This document shows positions 51,983 through 62,667 of a DNA stretch of 64,000 nucleotides, piece by piece. The stretch comes from Chiloscyllium plagiosum (taxonomy: Eukaryota). The first letter of the stretch is position 1. Each line of letters starts with the position of its first letter. The notes under the pieces were generated by a model, which saw only the letters and a program-made list of their open reading frames with translations, did no database searches and was not told the origin of the DNA. A program made the position numbers and the translations under genes. Where the stretch lies: contig NC_057720.1 of assembly GCF_004010195.1 (NCBI RefSeq), positions 7,990,012-8,054,011 on the forward strand. Direction: 5' to 3'.

Positions 51983-52283
51983 AGAATCCCTGCAGAGTGG
52001 AAACGGGCCCTTTGGTCCAACAGGTCCACACTACCCAGAGTAACCCACCCAGACCCATTCCTCTACCCTGCACATCCCTGACCACTATAGCCAATTTAGT
52101 GCGGCCAATTCACCCAACCTGCACATCTTTGTGATTGTGGGAGAAAACCAGAGCAGCCAAAGGAAAACCACACAGACATGGGGAGAATGCACAAACTCCA
52201 CACAGAAATTGCCCGGGACTGGAATTGAACCTGGGTCCCTGGCACTGTGAGGCAGCAGTGCTAACCACTGAGCCACTGTGCCA
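51983..52283 (-). mobile_element. HE1 SINE
   Basis: Reverse HE1 consensus. Confidence 0.88.
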
Positions 52284-52949
52284 TCCCTTGAAGCCTATGC
52301 CAGTTATGAGGATAGGTTGGATCTGGTTGGGATATTCTTCGGAGGGTCACTATCAACTTGATGGGCTGAATGGCCTGCTTCCACACTGTAGGGATTCAAT
52401 GCTTTGACGAAATAATACACTATACATATTGAATAATGGCAGAACCAGGAGCAAATGCAGCAGTACTATACTTCTCAAGGATTAATACAATTCTTATTGC
52501 CTGAGATTCAAATATGCCTTTCACAAATCTTTTGGTCAAAAGTTGATTCAAACTAATAGAACAAAATTACATTAGATTCACAGAGTCCATATGACCAGAA
52601 AAAAATAGGAAGAAAAGTAAGCCATTTGGTCCCTGCTTTACCATTCATTAGAATAATGGTTAATCCAACATTCTTCACATCCTGTTGCCTCCTCCCCACA
52701 TCCCTTGATTTCTCGCTTATCTATCTGTCTCAGCCTTAAATACAAAGTCAATACAAAGGTAGCTCCAATGGACGGGAAAACACTCAGTCAATGTAATGAA
52801 CATTGTTATGTACAGGAGGGGAGCAACTCTTAACAAAATGGCTGGACACGAGGCCCTTTCTGTCAACTGGCATTGATTGTTGAGCTGGAAAGTATTTTTA
52901 TCTCATGACTAAGCTTGCCTGATTTTTGTATGCTTCTCTCGGCATCGGT

Positions 52950-53340
52950 GTAAGTGGAGATCTCACGGAGGTACCTGAGATATGAAAGGGGATGAACAAC
53001 GTAGATGGAGAAAGGATATTTCTACTTGTGAAGCAAATGTGAATGAATTGTTTTAGGATAAGGGGTATGAAACTTTAAATAGAGATGAAAAGATATTACT
53101 TCTCTCCAATGGTTGTGAACCTGTGGGACTCCCTGCCCCAGAGTGTGGTGCATGGAGGAGACTGGGTAAATTTAAGGTGGTGATAGATAGAGTTGTAATT
53201 AGTAAGGGTTGAAGGGATATGGAGAGTGGGCAGGAAAATGGAGTTAAAGCTGAGATGTGATCAGCCATGTTTTGATGAATGGCGACACAGGCTCAAGGGG
53301 CTGAGTGGCCTGCACCTGGTCTTATTTGTCTTATGCATAA
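52950..53340 (+). mobile_element. Old CR1 3' fragment
   Basis: GDLTEV...YYFSPMVVNLWDSLP plus tcagccatg tail. Confidence 0.7.
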
Positions 53341-53458
53341 AAGGATGAGTGAGGTGTAAGGGCTGTTGTGGCACAAGGGGTCCCAGATTTACAACTTATG
53401 AACACTTGTAGTGACAAACATGATCCCACACTGGGTGTAATTTTAAAGACTCAAATAT

Positions 53459-53746
53459 GGGGTGGCACTGTGGTTAGCACTGCTGCCTTACAGCGCCAGA
53501 GACCCGGGTTCAATTCCCACCTCAGGCGACTGACTGTGTGGAGTTTGCACATTCTCCCCGTGTCTGCGTGGATTTACTCCGGGTGCTCCGGTTTCCTCCC
53601 ACACTCCAAAAATGTGCAGGTTAGGTGAATTAGCCATGCTAAATTGCCCGTAGTGTTAGGTGAAGGGGTAAATGTAGGGGGGTGGGTTGCGCTTCAGTGT
53701 GGACTTGTTGGGCCGAAGGGCCACACTGTAAGTAATCTAATCTAAT
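53459..53746 (+). mobile_element. HE1 SINE inside a possible TcMar/Tigger-like MITE (about 53372-53872)
   Basis: HE1 is clear; flanks resemble ggggtcccagatttacaac ... gttcacaacacagagtctgcttg. Confidence 0.8.
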
Positions 53747-54070
53747 GAGTGTTTCCTGTACTTAACGAAAAATTCCTTTACACTGCCTTGCATTGTGTTC
53801 CGACTTGCGTACAAATCAACTTGTGAACGGATGCAAGAATGGAACCTGTTCACAACACAGAGTCTGCTTGCATTTTTCTTTTATGAATATTGGGAAAAAC
53901 CACTTACTATGTGCTATAGGATTGCTTGTGGCTGGTATTAGATCCAGAGTTAATGAATGCTAGTGGAGGCAATGCAGAGTCATTAGAGGTGTCGAATTGG
54001 TAGAGTAGGTTTATAAGACTAATATAGTTACATACAAAGAGCATTGGGAAACTTGATCTAAAATTACTAG

Positions 54071-54817
54071 TGTTATGACACAGGGTAAACCCCTCTGCTA
54101 ATTTCAACCAGCAACACAGAAAAGATTCTTGCCGTGCTGATATCTGTGAAAATTCAAGAGACAAAGAACTATCCTAAAGTCATTATTTAAAGTACAAAAA
54201 AATTAAGAACTTTATTCTTTAAGTCTAACAGATAAATATTTACTAACAACTATTTACAACTCCTTTCTCTAAACCTATCATTTACCTCCCCCTTTACAAT
54301 ACTGGTCCAATAAAACCCCTGATTAAGATTTACAAAAAAATTTAAATTTCAAATCCAGCCAGCTGCCAAATCTTCTCTTTATATCTTCCTCTGTAGGTTT
54401 TGTCACCAGGTCGGTTCAATTTTTTTCTTCTGTGCAGACTCCTTCTCCAGACAGGTACCTCTCAGAGAGATCTTACCAGCAGCCTACATCTGTTGATCTT
54501 TTGGCAGTTCTCTTTGCCAGTCTGGGTAACTGTTCAAAATGTCTGATAATTATACCCAAAAACATCAGATCATTTTATTGGTTTTAATATTGTCAAAATA
54601 TTAAATTCAAACTTGACTGGAGTTTGGTATCTTGGGGCATAATTTGAACTGATTAGCCGAATTTGAATTTGTTTTTGTATCCAGGCAATCCAGCTACTCT
54701 AGCTGTTTGACCAAATGTCACATTGTAACTTTGTTCAGAACACTTTACTGTGTCAGGTAGTTCTGCTACCTTTTCAACTCTCATAAAGGTACAGTACACC
54801 TCTACCCTTTCATAACA
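54071..54817 (-). mobile_element. 747-bp solo LTR (Gypsy-like)
   Basis: TGTTATGA...TCATAACA perfect 8-bp terminal IR; ctag/caag near-TSD; reverse aataaa about 54211 and tataaa about 54380. Confidence 0.75.
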
Positions 54818-54821
54818 CAAG

Positions 54822-55199
54822 TGAAATGATTGTAACGAGGTGGACCTAATTTAATGAGTTCCCTGATTGGGGCTGTTAATCTTGTCCAATCTGGGAGCCC
54901 TGGCTGACCAACATGAACAGGAGCGTTAGACATTCTCCGAGAGCTGGCTCTGAGGGAGTTGGGTCCATGTTAACGACAGATCAGGCAGCATCCAAGGAGC
55001 AGAAAAATCAATCGGGATGAAGGGCTTTTGCCCAAAACATCGGTTTTCCTACTCCTTGGATGCTGCCTGACTTGATATGCTTTTCTAGCACCACACTCTC
55101 GACTCCAATCTCCAGCATCTGCAGTCCTCACAAGGACACTCCATGTGTAAATAAAGGGTGACTTGGTGACGGGATACTAGCCTCTGTGGAGTTATTTCA
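54822..55199 (+). mobile_element. Short solo LTR interrupted by a family A palindrome (about 54978-55130)
   Basis: Same LTR family as 31269; ends gttatttCA. Confidence 0.7.
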
Positions 55200-55815
55200 A
55201 CTCAGTTCTGAGTTACTGATAGCCAGACTAAAAGGGGATAAATACATAATGGAAATAGTCAACACCTCCACTTCCTCATCTACCTATAACATACTCTGAA
55301 CATAAATGGAAACAGAAGCTCTTTAGCTATCCCTACCTTTCTATTCTTTGGTTTGGTATATTATGTTAGACCTTCGAGGTGTTTTTCCTCCATAAGAATG
55401 CTTTAATGTGGAACCCTAAAGGGATGGCTTCTTTTGGCACAGTAAGTGCATTTCGACCTCTGTTCTAGGAGATCTAGGTTTGAATCTTGCTTGCTCTCAG
55501 AGTTGATTAGAAAATAGCTTTTTTCCTGACAGGCTCCATTCTTGGGTCTTTCACAGAGCCATGTAATTGGCTCCCACTCTTCCCTTTCCCTGTAACCCTG
55601 CAATATGTTCCACTTTGAGTATTTATCCAGTAGGGGAGGCAGTGGAATGGTGGTGCTGACATTGGCTCGAATGACCCAAGCTAATGTTTTGACCATACAG
55701 ATTCAAGTCCCACTATAGCAGTTGGTGAATTTTGAATCAATAAAAATCTGATTCTAATACATTCGTTTAATGGTGACCATGTAACCACATTTTCAATTAT
55801 TACAAAAATCCCCAC

Positions 55816-56047
55816 TGAAATAACGCCACAGAGGTCTGTATCCTATCACTGAGTCATGGTTTAGTCACACATCAATCCATGGACTCTGACCAGCTAACTC
55901 AGAGCCAGACCCTGGAGTGAGGACAATCCCTCAGTCTCTTGTTTATATCTGTCAGCCAGGGCTCCCTGATTGGTCTCAGTCAACGGCCCAGTCAGGGAAC
56001 TCATACACAATGAGCATTATCTGGCCAACCTCATTCTGATCACAATA
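55816..56047 (-). mobile_element. Short solo LTR inside a family 2 SINE
   Basis: tgaaataac start is the reverse of the family 3' end; gtttatatct. Confidence 0.65.
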
Positions 56048-56324
56048 CCTATCTTGTTTACGAATGCCCCTTTGGGAAGGAAAATGGCTATCCTTACCTT
56101 GTTTGGCCTACACGTGACTCCAGACCCACAGCAATATGGTTGACTCTTAACCACCCCATGATATGGTCTGAGGAAACTCAGTTCAAATGGCAGATAGGGA
56201 TGGTGAATAAACGTTCGCTCAGCCAGTGATGTCTACATCTCATGAATGATTTTTTTTTGTTAAAAATTACCTTTTGAAGGTTACTTCCATGTATTAAATA
56301 GATGAAGTCACCATAGTTACACTG

Positions 56325-57060
56325 GGTTGTTTACAATTTATATGAATGACTTGGAGGAAGGATTGTACTGTCACCAAATTTGCAGACATAAAAATAGGTG
56401 TAAATGCAGATTGTGAGAGGGACACAAATAGGTTACAGAGAGACATTAACAGGTTCAGTCGGTGGGTAAAAAGTTGGCAAATGGAGTATAATGTGGGAAA
56501 ATATGAAGTTGTTCATTGTAGAAGGGAGAACAAAAGGACAGAATATTATTTAAATAGAGAAAAACTACAGAAAGCTGCAACACAAAGGGACTTGGGGGTA
56601 ATTGCGCACAAAACACAGAAAGATAGCACACGTTGTCTTGTGACCAAAGGTTAACCAGTTGGAATTCTACTAGAGTTTAGAAGAATGAGAGATGATCTCA
56701 TTGAAATATATGGGATTCTTAAGGGGCTTGACAAGGTCAATGATGAGAGGATGCTCTCCTCATGGGAGAGTCTAAGACCAGAGGGCATAGTCTCAGAATA
56801 AAGGCAGAGAAGAGGAGGAACTTCTTCTGTCAGAGGGTTGTGGCTCTATGGAACTCCTTGTCACAGAGAGTCATAGAGGCAAAGTCCTTGTGCATGTTTA
56901 AGGCTGAGACAGATAGATTCTTGATCAATCAGGGAATCAAGGGTTATACGGAAAAGGCAGGAAAGTGGACATACAAAATGTCAGATCTGCCATGATCCTT
57001 TTGAGTAATGGAGCAGGTTTGAGGGGCTGAATATCCTACTCCTGTTTCTACCTCTTATGG
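56325..57060 (+). mobile_element. Old CR1 3' fragment
   Basis: VTKFADIKIG...WQMEYNVGK; RRNFFCQRVVALWN. Confidence 0.85.
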
Positions 57061-58394
57061 TCCGTGGAGCTGCTCTGTCGATAGAGAGAGATGACTGGTT
57101 GTGATTTAAGCTGAGGATCACCATGCCTCAGGTGTAGAAAGTGGTTCAGATGGAGGGTCCTTTACAATAAGCACAGCCAGTGTAGAAAATGAATTCATTC
57201 TGTTGGCATTGCAAACCAGGTGTCCAACCGACTGAGCTAACTGACTCCCTTCACATTCCTGACAATAATCACTCACTGTATAATATTAAAAAAGACTCCT
57301 ATTCTCCACTTAGTTCCGTTGCCAATTATTTTACATCTCTGTATTTTGATTACCAAATACCTGAAACAGTTTTGCTTCTATTACATTTCCCCTCAGCTTT
57401 TTCTGCTCTAAATAGAACCATCTCAGAGTTAGGCAGCTATGCAAATACAAATTGTTATTGCTGTTGTATCAAAGGTTGGTTAGACATTTTTTCAGATTAC
57501 CGCTTAGAGAGTGAAAATGGTATCTCATCGTCAGAACAGCCAACAGATATCCAAAAGATATGTTTTTTGTTAAGAAAAAAGTCGTGGTATCAAGGACTAA
57601 TGAACAAAGTATGCCATATGGAGCTTTGTAAACACACTGAGCGCACACGGCTTTTCAACATTATTTTCACTTGAACCCCAGCACAGTTCATTTGACAATT
57701 AATGTAAAGTGGGTCTTGCAGAAACCAGCTTCCAAAACCCATCATTGCTTGAGAGCTGGCATAAGTGCATGACAAAGACTTTTAATATCGACGAATAGTC
57801 ATGAGAAATAAACCCACAACAGTACTTCAATCTGAAGTAGTTTCTCGCTGAAGGGTGGTCATAAGCAGGGAGTCCCCGGTGAGTCCATGTACACAGCATT
57901 TCAGTCTTCCGAAATCGGGAAATTTCAGTGGAAACCAATCAAAAGAAAATTGTGGAAATAAATCTGTGCTATTACTGTTATTTAAGTCTTAGATTCTACA
58001 CAAAAACATAGTCTTATTGCCTGCTGTAAATCATATGTCTATTGACTGCTATTTTATTTCAACCTCCTCTTACAGTCTACTTTAATCATATTCAGATTTC
58101 CACTCATATTCTTCTCATTAAGTTTATATTAAGTCCAAAATTTCTACGCTTATTTTGCTCTCTCTCCACTCAAACGTTGTGTCTCAATTACTGTGACATT
58201 CCTGTGGAATTAGGAATTAGTCTGATGGCTTTATAATGGTGCCTCTTTGCTTTGAAAGGTTTCCCAGCAGCTACGACCAACAAGAACACACAGCTTTCTC
58301 TCTCCTCAAGCCTTGGCATACTGTTTCAGCAGAGCTCTAATGGCACTGGAGAATTGAGATGGAAATCTACCTCATCTGTTGCGCTATATGAGTT

Positions 58395-58935
58395 CTGTGG
58401 TGAGTAACTCACCCTCAAAACTCTCTGTTGCCTATCCACCGTTTCCAAGGTAGAAGTGAGATGTGTGAAGGAATACTCTCCACTTGTCTGGATAAATGCA
58501 GGTCCAACAACACTCAAGAAATTAAACCCCATTCAGGTCAAAGCAGACAGCTAGACCATACCCCATCTATCACCTTAATCGTTGATATCCTCTACCACAG
58601 ACACACATTGGCAGCAGTGTGTCCCATGTACCAGAATGCACTGAAGCAACTAGCCAAGGCTCTATTGACAGCATCTTTCAAGCCTGTGATCTCTGCCGTC
58701 TGGAAGGACAAGGGAATGGGAACATCACAGCCTGCAAGTTCCCTTCCAAACTACACAGAGCCCTGACATGGATCTATACCACTGTTCCTTTACTGTCGCT
58801 CTGTCAACATCTGAGAACTCCCTCCCTAACAGCATGGTGAATATGCTTACACCATATGGACTGTTCACTGTGATCATCTCAAAGGCAGTTAGAGATGGGC
58901 AATAAATGCCCATGACCCTGAGAACAAATAATAAA
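58395..58935 (+). mobile_element. CR1/L2-group LINE 3' end
   Basis: Matches the reverse of 33780-34290; ends gggcaataaatgc. Confidence 0.75.
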
Positions 58936-59689
58936 ATATAAACTAATTGATTTGTGTTAAAAATATCTGGTGCCTTCGAAGTGCATCCTTTGCAACAAAG
59001 CCACTGGCAACTGGAGTAAAGAGGAGCAGCTAAAGTGTGTTTGGGTTCATAACTCAGAGCTTAATGCTATTTTTTTCTTTTTAAAAAGTACAGCATTTAG
59101 CCACAGTCTCATTAAATGTCTTCTGGAGATCTTTTGGCACAGAGGTAGCATGATATAAATGCATAAAGTAGGAGCAGAAGTAGACCATTCGGCCCCTGAA
59201 GTTGTTCTGTTGTTCTGTCAGGTGACAACTAATCTATTTGAATTCCATATTCACATGTATCCCTGACAACCTTTGATTATCCTGCCTGTTGAGAATCTAT
59301 CTACCTCTGCCTTGAGAAAAGTTAAATGGTCCTACTTCCACTGCCTTCTGAGGCAGTGAGTTGCAAAGTTGCACAACCCTTTTGAGGGAAAGAAAATCTC
59401 CTCGTCTCTGTCCTGAAACAGGTACCTTACATTTGAACACAATAAACTCTTGTTCTTCTGACCCAGAAGAAGAAAGATCCTTTCCACGTCCTTTCCACAG
59501 CCATCTTGTTTAGACCAGTCAGGATATTTTTAGACTACCACTGTGTCTGAACACAGTGTTTAAAAATAATTGTGATGGTCTTGTGGAACAGGGTAGTGCC
59601 CCCAGCTCTGGGCCAAAAGCCCTGAGGTCAAGCCCCACCTGAGAATACAATGGCAAAAGAGCTGTGTCAGCCAAATTTCACCAAAAGGG

Positions 59690-60035
59690 GCATGGATAGG
59701 GGCATGGCCATTTCCCGGGGTGGAGGTGGGGGGTGGAAGTTCAAAATTAGAGGACATAGGTTTAAGGTGAGAGGGGAAAGATTTAAAAGAGATCTAAAAG
59801 GGCAACTTTTTTTATGCAGAGGGTGGTGTGTCTATGGAATGAGTTGCCACAGGAAATGGTGGAATTTGGCACAATCACAACATTTACAAACATCTGATTG
59901 GTATATGAAAAGGAAAGGTTTGGAGGGAGGTGAGTCAAATGCTGGCAAATAGGACTGGATTAATTTAGGATATCTGGTCGGCATGGACGAGTTTGATTAA
60001 AGGGTCTATTTCCGTGCTGTACATCCCTATGACTT
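59690..60035 (+). mobile_element. CR1 3' fragment
   Basis: IRGHRFKVRGERFKRDLKG. Confidence 0.8.
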
Positions 60036-60439
60036 TAAAAGACGCGGGAAGGTACAGTGAATAGAAAATGGTGCTGATTGATTCAGACTTGCCAGATCGA
60101 AATGATCTATTTTTAAAAGTAAATTATTGGTTCAATGCAATCCTGACTGATGTACACAAATAGACTTGGTGTGACCTTAGCAGAAAGCAAACGAAAAGGA
60201 AGGGTCACACAGCAAGGTGTCAATACTTGCAACACCCAAAGGTGAACAAATCAGACCTATTGACAAATGTGCATGAAAATTGTCTTAAATCAAATGTACA
60301 GCATATCTGAAATGAAAGAGAATGAGTTTTAGTAGTCTCCTGGCAATTATTAAACTCCATCTCTGAGGGGTTCATTACCTGGTGGAAATCAGTAGAAGAT
60401 TTGAATGCAGAAGGGGAAAGCAAATGGAATTATGGAACT

Positions 60440-61190
60440 CTGTACAATTCTGCTCGCTCTGCTGTGGGAAGGATGTTATTAAACCGGTAAGGGTACAAAA
60501 AACATTCACAAGGATGATACTGAGACTGGAAGGTTCGAGTTTTCAGGAGAGGTTGGACATTTTTCACTGGAATATAGAAGGTTGAGAGGTAACTTTATAG
60601 TGATTTATAAAATCACAAGGGGCGCAGATAAGGTGAATAGTCAAGGTCTTTTTCCCCAGGGTAAGGGAATCCAAAATTAGAGGGCGTAGGGTTTAAGATG
60701 AGTGGGAAAAGATTTAAAAGGGACTTGAGTGGGCAATGTTTTCATGCAGAGGGTGGTGCGTGAATGGAACAAGCTGCCAGAGGAAGTGGTAGAAGCAGGT
60801 ACAGTTGCAACATTTGGACATGTACATGGACAGGAAAGTTAAAAATCACACAACACCAGGTTATAGTCCAACAGGTTTAATTGGAAGCACACTAGCTTTC
60901 GGAGCGACGCTCCTTCATCAGGTGATCATCACAATCATCACAATCACCTGATGAAGGAGCGTCGCTCCGAAAGCTAGTGTGCTTCTAATTAAACCTGTTG
61001 GACTATAACCTGGTGTTATGTGATTTTTAACTTTGTACACCCCGGTCCAACACCGGCATCTCCAAATCATGGACAGGAAAGGTTTAGAGCGACACAGGCA
61101 AATGGGAATGGCTCAGCTTTGGAAACCTGGCCAGCATGGAGGAGTTGGACTGAAGGGCCTGTTTTCGTGCTGTATAAGTCTGTGACTCTC
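60440..61190 (+). mobile_element. CR1 3' fragment interrupted by a family B palindrome
   Basis: VQFCS...RVQKTFTRM; tail resumes at 61068. Confidence 0.8.
60839..61067. mobile_element. Young family B palindrome with two intact hammerhead motifs
   Basis: About 90-bp near-perfect arms; cac-CTGATGA-a-ggagc-gtc-gctcc-GAAA-gcTA-gtg on both strands; TSD catggacaggaaag at 60825-60838 and 61068-61081. Confidence 0.9.
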
Positions 61191-61213
61191 TGACCTTCAG
61201 GACAGATGGGAGC

Positions 61214-61312
61214 CAGAGCTGAAAAATGTGTTGCTGGAAAAGCGCAGCAGATCAGGCAGCATCCAAGGAACAGGAGAATCGACGTTTCGGGCATAAGTCC
61301 TTCTTCAGGAAT
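61214..61312 (-). mobile_element. Family A single arm
   Basis: Minus strand reads ttc-ctgaaga-aggac-ttat-gccc-gaaacgtc-gatt. Confidence 0.8.
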
Positions 61313-62145
61313 CAGAAAATGCAATGGGAGCCAGTTGGCCCATTGCATTTTGTGCAAACTCTGTTGTAGAATTCATTTCAAATTGCCTGCTCCTTCCCCA
61401 CAGCTCCATGCACTTTAACTCGATATCCAAACCTGTTTTGTGAGTTACTACTGAAGCTGCTTCCACAGCTATTTCAGGGACTGCATTCCAGATCGCAATA
61501 ACTCACTGAGTGAAACTAAATCTCCTCATCTTACCCCATGGCTTTTTAGCCAATTATCCTGAATCTGTGCCCTCTGGTTAGCAACCCTCCTTAGCAAAGG
61601 AAACCGACTCTCCTGGATTTGGAAATATTTGTAAATCTGACATGACTAATTAATCTCTTCTGCTGTTGCCCAAGGACAGGAAAAAAAAGAAAACTGCAAC
61701 AGTGTGTTGCCTAATCTTCAATTTCTTTATGCACTCAATGATGTTCACTTTTGCTTTCTCCCTCTGTATGGCTATGATACGTGAAATGCTTTGGTGAGGG
61801 AGGTACACGTGAGTGTACTTCACTCATTTCTTTCTTGTAAAATTGTTGCCTCCTTTGTTTCCCTGCCCTCTCTAAGTCCAATAACTTAAGCTTGGCATCA
61901 TCTCCAATCCTGTACATGTAGATGCGTCAACAATGGTCCTCATGTATTTCTGTCAACCCTCCGTCTCTGAATGCCTTTTCCACACTTTTCCTGAGAGAAC
62001 ACGAAATGTACAGAAAGACAACAGTGAGTGAGAAAGAGAGAGTGAGAAAGAGAAAGTGAGAAAGAGAAAGAGAGATGGACAAAGGTTTGAATTTTACAAG
62101 TGACTTTGGTGAGACTCTTGGAGATTGGGAGGCCATAAAAATAAT

Positions 62146-62517
62146 GTCAGAAGTCACATGATGACAGGTTTATTTGAAATCACAAGCTTTTAGAGCGCTG
62201 CCTCTTTTACATGTGAAGTTACCTGAAATGGAGTTATAGAACATAGAACATAGAACATTACAGCCAGTACAGGCCCTTCGGCCCTTGATGTTGCACCGAT
62301 CTGTGAAGCCCATCTGCAGCCCATTATCATCTATATATTTATCCAATGACCATTTAAACATCTGTAAAGTTGGTAGGTCTACTACTGTTGACTTTACCTG
62401 ATAAAGGAGCAGTGCTCCGAAAGCTTGTGATTTCAAATAAACCTGTTGGACTATTACCTGGTGTCATGTGACTCCTGACTTTGTCCACCCCGGTCCAAAA
62501 TCGATACCTCCACATCA
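62146..62517. mobile_element. Family B palindrome with a CR1 tail (62235-62392, minus) inserted at its centre
   Basis: ttacctga..ggag repeated at 62219 and 62394. Confidence 0.75.
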
Positions 62518-62667
62518 GGAATATAATGGAGATCCATGACTCCACTGGGCAGGACTTATGCATTTAATAGGAAGGTCCTGGGCAGTGTTGCTGAACAAAG
62601 ATATCTTAGAGTGCAGGTTCATAGCTCTTTAAAGCTGGAGTCGCTAGTAGAAAGAGTAGTGAAGAAT

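Noticed and set aside
57189..57674. 161-aa ORF in partly unique DNA
   Set aside because: Starts inside a SINE, has no recognisable domain and random-like composition
58259..58399. Plus-strand 141-nt candidate exon
   Set aside because: The donor gtgagt is part of the adjoining LINE fragment and the peptide is unrecognisable
60839..61067. Interpretation of the palindromes as DNA-transposon MITEs
   Set aside because: Arms are asymmetric, TSD length varies and spacers differ; in families A and D the arms equal the 3' ends of RT/GIY-YIG elements
61940..61990. EKCGKGIQRRRV resembling a thrombospondin repeat
   Set aside because: The frame stops after 16 codons and lacks the W/C pattern
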